NCBI GenBank assembly: GCA_024276875.1
Contig: JAJRWL010000181.1
Span: 1 to 41,780, forward strand
Length of the DNA stretch: 41,780 nt
Origin: Gammaproteobacteria bacterium
GTDB taxonomy: Bacteria; Pseudomonadota; Gammaproteobacteria; Chromatiales; Chromatiaceae
Reading direction: 5' to 3'
In this document: one piece after another, positions 28,243 to 39,057 of the stretch
Position numbering within the stretch: the first letter of the stretch is position 1
How the letters are laid out: every line of letters starts with the position of its first letter
Translations under genes and position numbers: made by a program
The notes under the pieces: generated by a model
What the model saw: only the letters and a program-made list of their open reading frames with translations
What the model was told of the DNA's origin: nothing
Databases searched by the model: none

Positions 28243-30267
28243 TCACCCAGAATTAATAGCGATGTCCTCGAGGCTTAGATTTTGCAGCGCTTTTAATTGA
28301 TCCCTAGCCTTTGCAGCCTCTTCAAATTCCAGATCCCTGGCGTGGCGGTACATCTGATCTTCAAGTTGTTTGATGCGTCTGGCCATCTGTTTGGGTGAGA
28401 GTGCGGCATACTCGGCCATGGCTTCAGCCACCTGAGCATATTTTTTTGCGGTGGTGGGAGCGCCGGGGCGTGCGCCTTCCAGTATATCTGTGATCGCCTT
28501 TTTGATGGTTGTGGGGGTGATATTGTGGGTCTTGTTATAGGCGATCTGTTTTTCCCGTCGGCGCTTTGTTTCGTCTATTGCTCGTTGCATGGAGCCGGTG
28601 ATCTTGTCGGCGTAGAGGATGGCCTTGCCGTTGGCGTTACGGGCGGCTCGGCCAATAGTTTGAATCAATGAACCCTCTGAGCGTAGAAATCCCTCTTTGT
28701 CGGCATCGAGTATGGCGACCAGTGAGACTTCGGGCATATCCAGTCCTTCGCGCAGTAGATTGATACCGACCAGCACATCAAATTCACCCAGTCGTAGGTC
28801 GCGGATGATCTCGATCCGTTCAACGGTGTCGATGTCTGAATGTAGATAACGCACTCGTACGCTGTGTTCGGTGAGGTAGTCGGTCAGATCTTCTGCCATG
28901 CGTTTGGTCAGGGTGGTGACCAGCACCCGCTCGTTGATTTTGGCGTGTTGGTTGATCTCTGAGAGCAGGTCATCCACCTGAGTGGCAACGGGTCTGATCT
29001 CCAATTCAGGGTCAATCAGGCCGGTGGGGCGCACGACCTGCTCCACCAGCGCGCCGGATTTTTCCAGCTCGTAGGGTCGGGGGGTGGCAGAGACATAGAT
29101 GGTTTGAGGTGAACGGGCTTCAAACTCTTCAAAGCGTAGCGGTCGGTTATCGAGGGCAGAGGGGAGGCGGAAGCCATATTCGACCAGTGTCTCTTTGCGT
29201 GATCGATCACCTTTGTACATGCCACCAACTTGAGGGATGGAGACATGGCTTTCGTCAGCTACCAGCAGGGCATTGTCGGGTAGGTAATCGAACAGGGTGG
29301 GGGGTGATTCACCTGGCTTGCGGTTGGAGAGATAGCGTGAGTAGTTCTCAATGCCGGAGCAGTAGCCCAGCTCATTGATCATCTCGATATCAAATTGGGT
29401 GCGCTGTTCCAGCCGCTGGGCTTCGACCAGTTTGTTGTTATCGCGCAGCTGCTCTAATCTCCCCTTGAGTTCGATTTTTATCTGCACTACCGCTTTTAGC
29501 AGGGTCTATCTGGGGGTGACATAGTGAGATTTGGGGTAGACGGTGTAGCGGGGCACTTTGCGCTGGATCTCGCCGGTGAGTGGGTCAAATAGGGCGATGG
29601 ATTCAATTTCATCATCGAATAGTTCGATGCGCACAGCATCACGGTCTGATTCTGCGGGGTAGATGTCGATGACATCACCGCGTACACGGTAGGTAGCGCG
29701 GTGCAGTTCGACCTCATTCCGAGTGTATTGCAGCTCTGCTAGTTTGCGGAGTAGGGTGCGTTGTTCCAGCATATCTCCACGATCCAGATGCAGCACCATG
29801 CTGAGGTAGGCACGGGGGTCGCCCAGGCCGTAGATGCAGGAGACGGTGGCTACAATGATGGTGTCTGATCGTTCTAACAGCGCTTTGGTGGCAGAGAGGC
29901 GCATCTGTTCGATATGTTCGTTGATGGAGGCATCTTTGTCGATAAAGGTATCAGAGGATGGGACATAGGCTTCAGGCTGGTAATAGTCATAGTAGGAGAC
30001 AAAGTACTCCACCGCATTGTGAGGAAAGAATGCCTTCATCTCACCATAAAGTTGAGCCGCCAGGGTTTTGTTGTGAACCAGCACCAGTGTGGGGCGTTGG
30101 ATGGCCTGGATCACGTTGGCAATGGTGAAGGTCTTGCCTGAACCCGTTACGCCGAGTAGAGTCTGGCTGGCTTCTCCTGCGTTGATGCCATCAATCAGTT
30201 GTCGTATTGCTTCGGGCTGATCGCCAGCAGGCTCAAAATCAGCTTCTAATTGAAATTTTTTTTCCAT
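28243..30267 (-). pseudogene. uvrB: Excinuclease ABC subunit B (uvrB) interrupted by one in-frame TAG (29506..29508)
   Basis: ORFs 29506..30267 and 28243..29487 are in the same frame and together are colinear with full-length UvrB (674 codons). Walker A GVTGSGKT, the YVTPR region, helicase motifs and the C-terminal [12 protein letters not shown] coiled coil are all present. The only defect is TAG where Glu is expected. Confidence 0.9.
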
Positions 30268-30350
30268 TAGGGGTTTCTGTCACCGTATCTGATTGGATAT
30301 TATTACATCCTTCTATCTTTCAAATTTGATTTAACCATATTGGATCTACC

Positions 30351-31538
30351 ATGAGCATCAATCTTTCAGGACGTGTTAAAGCCGTCAAGCCATCACCCAC
30401 ACTTGCCATTACAGCACGCGCTGCTGAGATGCGAGCCGCAGGTAAAGATGTTATTGGACTGGGCGCAGGCGAGCCGGATTTCGATACCCCAAATCACATC
30501 AAAGAGGCTGCGATTCAGGCCATTAATGATGGTTTTACCAAATATACGGCGGTGGATGGGACTCCCGCTCTTAAGCAGGCAGTTATAAATAAATTCAAAT
30601 CTGATAATGGTTTGGATTATACACCAGAGCAGATTTTGGTCTCTTGCGGGGGTAAGCAGAGTTTTTTCAATCTGGCACAGGCACTGCTTGATCCCGGTGA
30701 TGAGGTGGTTATTCCTGCCCCGTATTGGGTGTCCTATCCTGATATGGCACTGTTGGCAGGTGGTGTACCTGTGTTTATCAATGCAGGCGCTGATCAGCAT
30801 TTTAAGATTACAGCCGCTCAGTTGAAGGGGGCAATTACCGATAAGACGCGTTTGTTTGTTATTAATAGTCCTTCAAATCCAACCGGTATGGCTTATACCC
30901 AGGCAGAACTGGCTGAGATTGGTGCGGTGTTGCTTGATCACCCTAAGATTGTCGTCGCGACCGATGATATGTACGAGCATATTCGTTGGTCAGATGAGCC
31001 TTTCGTTAATATCTTGAATGCCTGCCCTGCTTTGGCATCACAAACGCTGGTGCTAAATGGTGTATCCAAGGCCTATTCGATGACGGGTTGGCGGATTGGT
31101 TATGCAGGCGGCCCTGCCAATATTATCAAGGCGATGAAGAAGATCCAATCGCAGAGCACCTCTAATCCTGCCTCTATCTCTCAGGTGGCAGCCCAGGCCG
31201 CACTGGAGGGTTCACAAGCATGCATTCAAGAGATGCTGGTCGCTTTTAAAGAGCGCCATGATTATGTATTGGATCGTCTGAATAAGATCCCTGGTATTGA
31301 TTGCCTGCCTTCTGATGGCACCTTCTATCTGTTTCCCAGTGTCCAGGGTGCATTAGCGGCAATTGATGGTGTCAGCACTGATGTGGAGCTGGCTGAATAC
31401 CTGATTGAAAATGCAGGTGTAGCGGTAGTGCCAGGTTCTGCTTTTGGGTTGGCGGGCCATATGCGACTCTCGATTGCGACCAGTCAGGACAATCTTAAAA
31501 ATGCACTAGATCGCATTGAAAAAGCATTAAGTAATTAG
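30351..31538 (+). CDS. Class I pyridoxal-phosphate-dependent aminotransferase (aspartate aminotransferase-like)
   Basis: 395 aa. LGAGEPDFDTP, NSPSNPTG and SKAYSMTGWRIGY (PLP lysine) motifs. Divergent from uvrB. Confidence 0.9.
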   Translation: MSINLSGRVKAVKPSPTLAITARAAEMRAAGKDVIGLGAGEPDFDTPNHIKEAAIQAINDGFTKYTAVDGTPALKQAVINKFKSDNGLDYTPEQILVSCGGKQSFFNLAQALLDPGDEVVIPAPYWVSYPDMALLAGGVPVFINAGADQHFKITAAQLKGAITDKTRLFVINSPSNPTGMAYTQAELAEIGAVLLDHPKIVVATDDMYEHIRWSDEPFVNILNACPALASQTLVLNGVSKAYSMTGWRIGYAGGPANIIKAMKKIQSQSTSNPASISQVAAQAALEGSQACIQEMLVAFKERHDYVLDRLNKIPGIDCLPSDGTFYLFPSVQGALAAIDGVSTDVELAEYLIENAGVAVVPGSAFGLAGHMRLSIATSQDNLKNALDRIEKALSN

Positions 31539-31556
31539 CTGTTGTTTTAGAGTGTG

Positions 31557-31589
31557 GGCGCAGAGCAGAGATGCTCTGCGCCTTTTTTT
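31557..31589 (+). terminator. Rho-independent terminator after the aminotransferase gene
   Basis: ggcgcagagc-agagat-gctctgcgcc, a perfect 10 bp GC-rich stem, followed by TTTTTTT. Confidence 0.85.
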
Positions 31590-31698
31590 ATGCGGGTTAG
31601 TCATTAAGCGGAGAAGCCAGACACCACAATAGGATAAAACTTACAAAGCGTCTTTATTATTGAGGGTATTTTAAGAACCACTTAATAATTAAAAAAAT

Positions 31699-32265
31699 AT
31701 GCATATGGATACCCCCTTTCTTTGTCGTGCCTATCGTCAATCAGGCTTTACCCTTGTTGAACTGCTTACAACTCTTACTGTTATGGTTGCTCTTATGGCT
31801 ACAGGGGTTCCTGCTATGCAGCGATTTTCTGCCAGTCAGAAAATGATGGTCGCAGTTAATAGCATGACTTCTTACCTTCATTTAGCACGCAGTGAGGCTA
31901 TAAAGCGAGGGCTGCGTGCGGTGCTATGCCCTAGCCTGGATGGGAAGAGATGTTTAAAAAGCATACAGTGGCAACAGGGCTTTATTTTGTTTGTTGATAA
32001 AAATGCAAATACAAAGCGAGATGCGGGCGAAGAGTTGTTGAGACAGTTTCAACCCAATAGTCCAAAGCTACAAATTCATATTACGACAACGAAAGGCCGA
32101 CGTTGGATTCGATATCAATCAACAGGTGAAGCACCGGGCAGTAATCTGACAATGACTTTTTGTGATTCCAGCGGTTTTGTTGATCCAAAGGCCGTGATAA
32201 TTTCAAGGACAGGCCGTCCCAGAATATCTACTTTAAAATCTGATGGAGCCCCTTTGGATTGTTAG
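31699..32265 (+). CDS. Type IV pilus / T2SS minor pseudopilin, GspH/FimT family
   Basis: 188 aa. Prepilin leader and cleavage/methylation site (..QSG|FTLVELL), a hydrophobic helix, and the LARSEAIKRG motif typical of FimT/FimU/GspH. Confidence 0.75.
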   Translation: MHMDTPFLCRAYRQSGFTLVELLTTLTVMVALMATGVPAMQRFSASQKMMVAVNSMTSYLHLARSEAIKRGLRAVLCPSLDGKRCLKSIQWQQGFILFVDKNANTKRDAGEELLRQFQPNSPKLQIHITTTKGRRWIRYQSTGEAPGSNLTMTFCDSSGFVDPKAVIISRTGRPRISTLKSDGAPLDC

Positions 32266-32312
32266 TATGCTATTCACTTATCCCTGCTAATATTGAATTG
32301 GAGGTGATGGTA

Positions 32313-32756
32313 ATGAAAATCTATACAAATATATTAGTTGCCCTGGATTTTTCCCCTACAGCTGAAAAAGTGGTTAAGCGAGCCAAAGAAATGGCAGAGC
32401 AGTTGCATGCTACATTAATGCTTATTCATGTATTTGAATATATTCCGCCGATAGAACCTGTTGGCGACATGATGCTGGGAATTGATTGGGGGATCAATGA
32501 ACAGGAGTTGCTTGAGCTTGCAAAAGAGCGATTTGCTCAGTTGGCTGACCAGCAAGGGATAGCTGATTGTAACCGATGTGTCATTATGGGGAATGCAAGA
32601 ACAGAGATTGCACGATATGCAGAAGAGCAGGGGTGTGATCTTATTATTATCGGATCACATGGGCGATCTGGTTTGGCTCGACTGCTTGGATCAACAGCTA
32701 ATGCTGTATTGCACCATGCTCATTGTGATGTGTTGGCTGTTAGAGCTGATGAATAG
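32313..32756 (+). CDS. Universal stress protein (UspA family)
   Basis: From the ATG at 32313, preceded by GGAGGT 7 nt upstream: MKIYTNILVALDFS.. and IIIGSHGRSGLARLLGSTANAVLHHAHCDVLAV. Confidence 0.85.
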   Translation: MKIYTNILVALDFSPTAEKVVKRAKEMAEQLHATLMLIHVFEYIPPIEPVGDMMLGIDWGINEQELLELAKERFAQLADQQGIADCNRCVIMGNARTEIARYAEEQGCDLIIIGSHGRSGLARLLGSTANAVLHHAHCDVLAVRADE

Positions 32757-32898
32757 TGGAGGCGTTATTTATTGAGATGTTGTGCTTAATTACAACAAAA
32801 CGGATATAAGCCTGCTATTATAAAAATAGCCTAATTTATTAGAGGGATAAGTTTTTAAAAAACATGGGGTTATCGCTTGAAAATGATGTTTTGTAGTT

Positions 32899-33750
32899 AT
32901 GGGTGATCTTCATCAGCAGCTGGTTCAGATGGTGGATAAGATGCCTGCTTTTCCAGGCAGTGTTAATAAAGTCCTTCAAATGACATCAGCGATTGACTGT
33001 GCCCCCAAGGATCTGGTTCAGGTTATTGAGCATGATCCGGTCATGATGGCAAAAATACTAAAATTGGTAAATTCCGCCTACTTTGGGCTATCACGCGAAA
33101 TCACATCTATTAAACATGGCGTAGTGTTTGTTGGTCTTAACACCATTAAAAACCTTGCAATAAGTATTGCCACCATGGGTATGCTTCCCAAGACTGGGCC
33201 AGCAGGACTTAGTATGAATGAGTTTTTATTGCACTCATTAGGCACGGCTTCAATTGCAAAACTGCTGGGGAAACAGCTGGGCGTTACATCAGATAAAGCG
33301 ACTGATTATTTTGTAGGTGGTCTATTGCATGATATTGGAAAGGTCGTCTTTACCCAATTTATGCCGCAAGAGATGGAGAGGGCATTAAAGAGGGTTGAGG
33401 TTGAAGGTATCTCTTTACCGGTGGCTGAGATGATAGAGATTGGGGCTGATCATGCTCAATTAGGGGGGATGCTAGCAGAAAAATGGCAACTACCACATGC
33501 CCTCGTTACCTGTATTAAAGAGCACCACAGTGCTGAATTAAAGGATGATTCAAATAAGGTTCTAGATTGTGTGATAGCCGCCAATATTATTGTTAAGCAA
33601 GTGGGGTTTGGTAGTGCAGGAAATTTGATTGAAGATAGATTGCCTGATCACGTTTCAGCACGATTTGGAATGGGGCTGGATGAACTTCAGGATTCGATAA
33701 GGAACCTTGATGAAGAACTGGAAAAAGCAACTGCGTTCATACGCGTATAA
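32899..33750 (+). CDS. HDOD domain signalling protein
   Basis: 283 aa. Stand-alone HDOD layout (MPAFPGSVNKVLQM....D...L..VIEHDPVMMAKILKLVNSAYFGL, ..GLLHDIGK..). Confidence 0.85.
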   Translation: MGDLHQQLVQMVDKMPAFPGSVNKVLQMTSAIDCAPKDLVQVIEHDPVMMAKILKLVNSAYFGLSREITSIKHGVVFVGLNTIKNLAISIATMGMLPKTGPAGLSMNEFLLHSLGTASIAKLLGKQLGVTSDKATDYFVGGLLHDIGKVVFTQFMPQEMERALKRVEVEGISLPVAEMIEIGADHAQLGGMLAEKWQLPHALVTCIKEHHSAELKDDSNKVLDCVIAANIIVKQVGFGSAGNLIEDRLPDHVSARFGMGLDELQDSIRNLDEELEKATAFIRV

Positions 33751-33771
33751 TAATATGCTTGGAGTTGGCTA

Positions 33772-34659
33772 ATGTTGCAATTCACATTTCGTGGTGTGCG
33801 TGGATCAATCGCCTCACCGGGTTCGAAAACAGTCAAGTACGGTGGTAATACAACTTGTATTGAAGTTCGTGCAGGTGATGAGCTGATTATACTCGATGCG
33901 GGCACGGGTATTTTTCCACTCTCTCAAACGCTATTTCCTGAGTTTCCTTTAACTTGTCATATATTTATCACCCATACACACTGGGATCATATACAGGGTC
34001 TTCCCTTTTTTATTCCAATGTTTGTAGCGGGTAACAGCATAAAGATATATGGCGGTCAAGATCCGGTAACAGGTAACAATGTGCAGGATGTTCTCTCTAG
34101 ACAATTAGAGTATGCCTTCTTCCCTATTCGGGAGGCAGAACTGAGCGCAGACCTGGAATATATTTCATTATCAGAAAATCAGGTGACCAATATAGGCAAT
34201 GTTGAGGTCGTAAATGTACTAATGAATCATCCGGCGATTGATTATGGTTATAAAGTTACCTGCGGTAATAAATCACTGTTTTTTACTGGTGATCATGAGT
34301 GGCCGTATAATATTTATGATCCCGAGGATGATGATTACCGGCTATTTGAAGATCATATTGCACAGAAGCGAAAATCTATCATTGATATGATCAAAGAGGT
34401 GGATGTACTGATTGTAGATACAGCCTATACCGATGATGAATATCCAGCAAAAAAAGGCTGGGGTCACGGCTCCTTTTCATCTTCGATAGCAATGGCTCAA
34501 GAGGCTGGGGTAAAACATTGTTTTTTTACACATCATGAGCCTACCCGTAGTGATGAGAGCCTAGAAAAAATATTTAAAGAAGCTTTGGATAAATGCCCTA
34601 ATAAACCTGAGTACCCAAAATTTTATCTTGCTCAGGAAGCATTTACATTTAAGATATAA
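33772..34659 (+). CDS. MBL-fold metallo-hydrolase
   Basis: 295 aa. FRGVRGSI..YGGNTTCIEV N-terminus and the HxHxDH motif (THTHWDHIQG). Starts 21 nt after the HDOD gene. Confidence 0.8.
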   Translation: MLQFTFRGVRGSIASPGSKTVKYGGNTTCIEVRAGDELIILDAGTGIFPLSQTLFPEFPLTCHIFITHTHWDHIQGLPFFIPMFVAGNSIKIYGGQDPVTGNNVQDVLSRQLEYAFFPIREAELSADLEYISLSENQVTNIGNVEVVNVLMNHPAIDYGYKVTCGNKSLFFTGDHEWPYNIYDPEDDDYRLFEDHIAQKRKSIIDMIKEVDVLIVDTAYTDDEYPAKKGWGHGSFSSSIAMAQEAGVKHCFFTHHEPTRSDESLEKIFKEALDKCPNKPEYPKFYLAQEAFTFKI

Positions 34660-34844
34660 ATTGAGTTGTACTCATCTTTTTGTTACTTGAGCGTTACTAT
34701 CAGCATTGCGCTCTGTGAACCCTTTACTTCCACCTCTATTGACCTATACTGGCTGCATGTAAGGCTGTTTTATGCCCTCTGGATGGCTGCATGACTGCTA
34801 AAATACAGAGGGGCAATCTCTATAAATCAAACATTCAGTTGGCC

Positions 34845-37772
34845 ATGGAAAAAACTACCGAATCAGTCCTGTATGGGGCAAATCTTACCTTTGTTGCTGA
34901 ACTGTATGCTCGGCATCTAAAAAACCCGCAGAGTGTGGATTCCAGTTGGAGTTATTTTTTCTCTCAATTGGGCGATGATGAGGCTGCAATATTGCAGGAT
35001 TTGTGCGGAGCCAGTTGGGCGGCTTCCTGTTCAACCGTTGTTGAAACCGATGCTGAGCCTGTTACTTTGGCGGTTCCTGCACAGGCTCCAACTGAAGTTG
35101 AATGCTCTAATCGAAAAGCGACACTGCACTCAATTCGAGCATTAATGCTGGTGCGTGCTTATCGTGCACGGGGGCACTTGAATGCCACTTGTGATCCGCT
35201 TGGATTGGGGGATAAAGAGATTCATCCAGAGTTGGATTATAAAAGCTATGGCTTCACCGATGCAGACCTGGATGAATCTATTTTTATAGATCATGTACTG
35301 GGCTTAGAATATGCAACCCTGCGGGAAATTATCCAGGTTCTGCAGGAGACCTATTGTGGCAATATTGGTGTTGAATTTCTGCATATTCAAGACCCTGATC
35401 AAAAGGCATGGATTCAGCGCCGCATAGAGGGTATTCACAACCACACATCGTTTACTGAGAAAGGTAAGGGTGCAATCTTAGAGCGCCTGATAGAAGCAGA
35501 AGGGTTTGAGCAATTCCTGCACACCAAGCACACCGGCACTAAACGCTTTGGTCTGGATGGTGGCGAAGCCCTGATTCCGGCGATGGAACAGATTCTTAAG
35601 CGCGGTGGGCAGCTCGGTATTAAAGAGGTTGTGATTGGTATGCCGCACCGTGGCCGACTCAATGTGTTAGCTAATGTGATGCATAAACCCTACAAGGCAA
35701 TCTTTGCAGAATTTCTTGGACGATCCTCTCACCCAGAAGAGGCTCAAGGCTCTGGTGATGTAAAATATCATCTGGGCACTTCAGCTGACCGTGAATTTGA
35801 TGGCAACCTGATTCACTTGTCACTAACGGCCAATCCTTCACACCTTGAAGCCGTTAATCCGGTTGTATTGGGCAAGGTGCGAGCAAAGCAGGTGCATAAT
35901 AATGATACTGAACGGCATCATACGATGGGGCTGCTGTTACATGGTGATGCCGCATTTGCAGGCCAAGGGTTGGTCTCTGAATCACTGGATCTTGCGCAAT
36001 TAAAGGGGTATCTGACGGGCGGAACTATCCACTTTATTGTCAATAATCAGATTGGCTTTACCACCAGCCCGACCTATTCACGCTCATCACCTTATCCTTA
36101 TGATGTGGCGAAGATGACACAAATCCCTATTTTTCATGTTAACGGTGATGACCCAGAGTCAGTGGTTCATGTGGCTAGAATTGCGACAGAATTTAGGCAG
36201 GTGTTTAAACATGATGTGGTGATCGATATGTTCTGTTATCGACGCTATGGTCATAATGAAAGTGATGAACCCTATTTTACTCAGCCGATCATGTATCGTG
36301 CAATTGATAAACATAAAACGACCAGCCAAATCTATGCTGAACAATTGATCGGTGGAGGGACGCTAACCCAACGACAGATAGATAAAATGGTCGCTGACTT
36401 TAAGGCGCGTTTAGAGCAGGATTTTGCAACAGCTGATGAGTACCAGTTAGATAAGGCCGATTGGTTGGAAGGGCAATGGGAAGGGCTGAGCATACTTCAG
36501 GAAGAGGAGGAGTTTCGTAACGATGCAACGGCCGTGCCGATGGATCAACTGCAACAAATAGGTGCTGCACTGATTCGGCCGCCTGAAGATATCGTGTTAC
36601 ATCGTAAAATTCTTCGGCTGTTTAAAAACAAACAGAAGATGTTTGAATCAGGAGAAGGTTTTGACTGGGCGACAGCTGAGGCGCTGGCCTTTGGTAGTTT
36701 GCTGTGTGAGCAGGTTCCCATTAGATTATCAGGTCAGGATTCAGGTCGTGGTACCTTTTCACATCGTCACTCAGTATTGGTCGATCAAGAAAATGAACAG
36801 CGTTACCTTCCACTGAATAATCTTGCCGATCAGCAGGCACATTATGAGGTGATTGATAGCCCGCTATCAGAGGCGGCTGTGTTGGGGTTCGAGTATGGAT
36901 ATACCCTCTCTGAGCCAAATGCATTGGTAATCTGGGAGGCGCAGTTTGGTGATTTTGCCAATGGTGCTCAAGTGATCATTGATCAGTTTATCAGCTCTGG
37001 TGAATCAAAGTGGTTGCGCCTCTCTGGCTTGGTTATGTTGCTACCACATGGTTATGAGGGGCAGGGATCTGAGCACTCATCCGCTCGACTGGAGCGCTAC
37101 CTTCAGCTCTGTGCCGAAGATAATATTCAAGTGGTTAACCTCTCTACACCTGCGAACTATTTTCATGCCTTGCGACGACAGGTACACCGCAATTTCAGAA
37201 AGCCATTGATTGTAATGGCACCCAAGTCACTATTACGGCACAAGCAGTGCGTCAGTACATTGGCAGAGATGGGAGCCGATTCCGCCTTTCATCGGGTGAT
37301 AGGCGAGAGTGAATCTTTGGTAGCAGATGAAAAGGTTAAACGAATCGTCCTCTGTTCGGGCAAGGTCTATTATGATCTGCGGCAAGTACGTCAAGAACAA
37401 GGCATTGATGATGTTGCTATTGTCCGAGTAGAGCAGCTCTACCCCTGGCCACGAGATAGCCTGGTTGAGGTGATTAAACGCTATAGCAATGCAGAACTGA
37501 TTTGGTGTCAGGAAGAGCCTGCAAACATGGGCGCTTGGCTCTTTGTTATGCCACGCCTGCAATTTATATTGGATGCGCTTAACTGTGCTAATGACCGCCC
37601 CATCTTTGTTGGGCGTAAGGCTACAGCTTCGACTGCGAGTGGCTCCATGGCCAAACACCTTGAAGAGCAAAAACTGTTGGTAGAACAGTCATTGAGTTGG
37701 TCGCTGTCAGATCTACAACAACCTTTTCGACGCGCTACACCGCTGGCGAGTTTGGCTCAACCTTCCGCATAA
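34845..37772 (+). CDS. sucA: 2-oxoglutarate dehydrogenase E1 component
   Basis: About 975 aa from the ATG at 34845 ([25 protein letters not shown]..). ThDP-binding and transketolase-like regions ([32 protein letters not shown]). Confidence 0.93.
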   Translation: MEKTTESVLYGANLTFVAELYARHLKNPQSVDSSWSYFFSQLGDDEAAILQDLCGASWAASCSTVVETDAEPVTLAVPAQAPTEVECSNRKATLHSIRALMLVRAYRARGHLNATCDPLGLGDKEIHPELDYKSYGFTDADLDESIFIDHVLGLEYATLREIIQVLQETYCGNIGVEFLHIQDPDQKAWIQRRIEGIHNHTSFTEKGKGAILERLIEAEGFEQFLHTKHTGTKRFGLDGGEALIPAMEQILKRGGQLGIKEVVIGMPHRGRLNVLANVMHKPYKAIFAEFLGRSSHPEEAQGSGDVKYHLGTSADREFDGNLIHLSLTANPSHLEAVNPVVLGKVRAKQVHNNDTERHHTMGLLLHGDAAFAGQGLVSESLDLAQLKGYLTGGTIHFIVNNQIGFTTSPTYSRSSPYPYDVAKMTQIPIFHVNGDDPESVVHVARIATEFRQVFKHDVVIDMFCYRRYGHNESDEPYFTQPIMYRAIDKHKTTSQIYAEQLIGGGTLTQRQIDKMVADFKARLEQDFATADEYQLDKADWLEGQWEGLSILQEEEEFRNDATAVPMDQLQQIGAALIRPPEDIVLHRKILRLFKNKQKMFESGEGFDWATAEALAFGSLLCEQVPIRLSGQDSGRGTFSHRHSVLVDQENEQRYLPLNNLADQQAHYEVIDSPLSEAAVLGFEYGYTLSEPNALVIWEAQFGDFANGAQVIIDQFISSGESKWLRLSGLVMLLPHGYEGQGSEHSSARLERYLQLCAEDNIQVVNLSTPANYFHALRRQVHRNFRKPLIVMAPKSLLRHKQCVSTLAEMGADSAFHRVIGESESLVADEKVKRIVLCSGKVYYDLRQVRQEQGIDDVAIVRVEQLYPWPRDSLVEVIKRYSNAELIWCQEEPANMGAWLFVMPRLQFILDALNCANDRPIFVGRKATASTASGSMAKHLEEQKLLVEQSLSWSLSDLQQPFRRATPLASLAQPSA

Positions 37773-37791
37773 AAACTTGATCGAGAGAATC

Positions 37792-39006
37792 ATGGCTATA
37801 GAGATAATTGTACCCACCATTGGTGAATCAATAACTGAAGCGACCGTTCTAAAATGGTTAAAACCTGCGGGTGAAATGGTTGTGCAGGATGAGCCATTGC
37901 TGGAGTTAGAGACAGATAAAGTCACAGTTGAAGTCAATGCACCTGCTACAGGGGTGCTGGAAAGTATCCTTGTTGAAGAGGGTGAAGATATTGCTATAGG
38001 CAGCGTGCTGGGGATCATTGCTGAAGGTGCTGAAACAAGCACAACAATAGCGGCAGATACTCCGCCACCAGCAAAGCCTCAAGCTGTGCAGCTGACAGCT
38101 GAAGAGGAGGTGCTAATGCCCGCTGTCCGCCGGTTGGTAGAGGAGCATAAACTTGACCCTGCTGTTGTCCCGATAGCAGGAAAAAATGGGCGCTTAACTA
38201 AAGGTGATGTGCTGGCCTATATCGAATCAACCAAGATAGCGTCATCTTCTACTGTAGCTGCGGCAGCAGCACCTATTGTAGTTGATGCCAATATACCCAT
38301 TGATCCACGTGAAGAGCGTGTCCGTATGACCCGGTTACGTCTGCGTATGGCTGAGCGTCTGAAAGAGGCTCAAAATACAGCGGCTATGTTGACCACCTTC
38401 AATGAAGTGGATATGACAGCTAGCATGGCAATGCGCAGCCGTTATCAAGCGGTATTTGAGAAGAAATATGGTGTGCGTATTGGCTTTATGTCCCTCTTTG
38501 CCAAGGCCTGTGTTATTGCTTTACAAGAGTTCCCTGCGGTCAATGCCCAGATTGATGGCAATGAAATCGTGTATAAAAATTATTATGACATCGGTGTCGC
38601 GGTAGGCTCAGGTAAAGGATTGGTTGTACCGATTGTGCGTGCTGTAGAGAACCTTAATTTTGCTGAAATAGAGAGTAAAATTCGTGAGTTGGCAAGTAAA
38701 GCCAAATCAGGAGAGTTGGCATTAGAGGAGCTACAGGGTGGAACCTTTACGATCACCAATGGGGGCATCTATGGCTCTATGATGTCGACCCCCATCCTTA
38801 ATAGTCCGCAATCGGGTATTCTGGGGATGCACAACATTACCCAGCGTGCCATGGTGATGCCTGATGGCAATATCCAGGCGCGCCCCATGATGTACCTGGC
38901 GCTTTCATATGACCATCGTATTGTAGATGGGCGCGAAGCAGTAGGGTTTTTGGTTCGCATAAAAGAGTGCATTGAAGATCCACAGCGCATGTTGTTGGAA
39001 GCCTGA
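37792..39006 (+). CDS. sucB: Dihydrolipoyllysine-residue succinyltransferase (E2o)
   Basis: Lipoyl domain ([12 protein letters not shown]), E3-binding domain ([15 protein letters not shown]) and catalytic domain with DHRIVDG. ATG at 37792 is preferred over the TTG at 37777. Confidence 0.93.
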   Translation: MAIEIIVPTIGESITEATVLKWLKPAGEMVVQDEPLLELETDKVTVEVNAPATGVLESILVEEGEDIAIGSVLGIIAEGAETSTTIAADTPPPAKPQAVQLTAEEEVLMPAVRRLVEEHKLDPAVVPIAGKNGRLTKGDVLAYIESTKIASSSTVAAAAAPIVVDANIPIDPREERVRMTRLRLRMAERLKEAQNTAAMLTTFNEVDMTASMAMRSRYQAVFEKKYGVRIGFMSLFAKACVIALQEFPAVNAQIDGNEIVYKNYYDIGVAVGSGKGLVVPIVRAVENLNFAEIESKIRELASKAKSGELALEELQGGTFTITNGGIYGSMMSTPILNSPQSGILGMHNITQRAMVMPDGNIQARPMMYLALSYDHRIVDGREAVGFLVRIKECIEDPQRMLLEA

Positions 39007-39057
39007 TTGGGTTTAAATTATTGCGCCGCAGAAAAATGAAAATTAGAGAATGATAGA

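Noticed and set aside
10943-28268. The 17.3 kb segment bracketed by the direct uvrB-end repeats, read as an integrated mobile element or genomic island (att-like flanks at a gene 3' end).
   Set aside because: The segment contains only housekeeping genes in conserved synteny blocks (greB, relA, pcnB-folK, panBCD, pgi, grxD). It has no integrase, transposase, conjugation or phage genes, and I saw no obvious compositional break. An old rearrangement scar explains it more economically.
29506-29508. The in-frame TAG in uvrB as evidence of stop-codon reassignment or pyrrolysine-type recoding.
   Set aside because: TAG terminates several well-conserved genes at the expected length in this same window (secD, iscU, fdx, relA). 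No Pyl machinery or suppressor tRNA is visible. The only tRNA present has anticodon CUC, not CUA.
34751-34793. The direct 9-mer repeat ggctgcatg (34751..34759 and 34785..34793) upstream of sucA as a regulator binding pair.
   Set aside because: It is too short to distinguish from chance, and the second copy overlaps the alternative in-frame ATG of the tracked ORF. I could only weakly propose a promoter (TTTACT-N16-TATACT at 34723..34750), so I did not list it as a feature.
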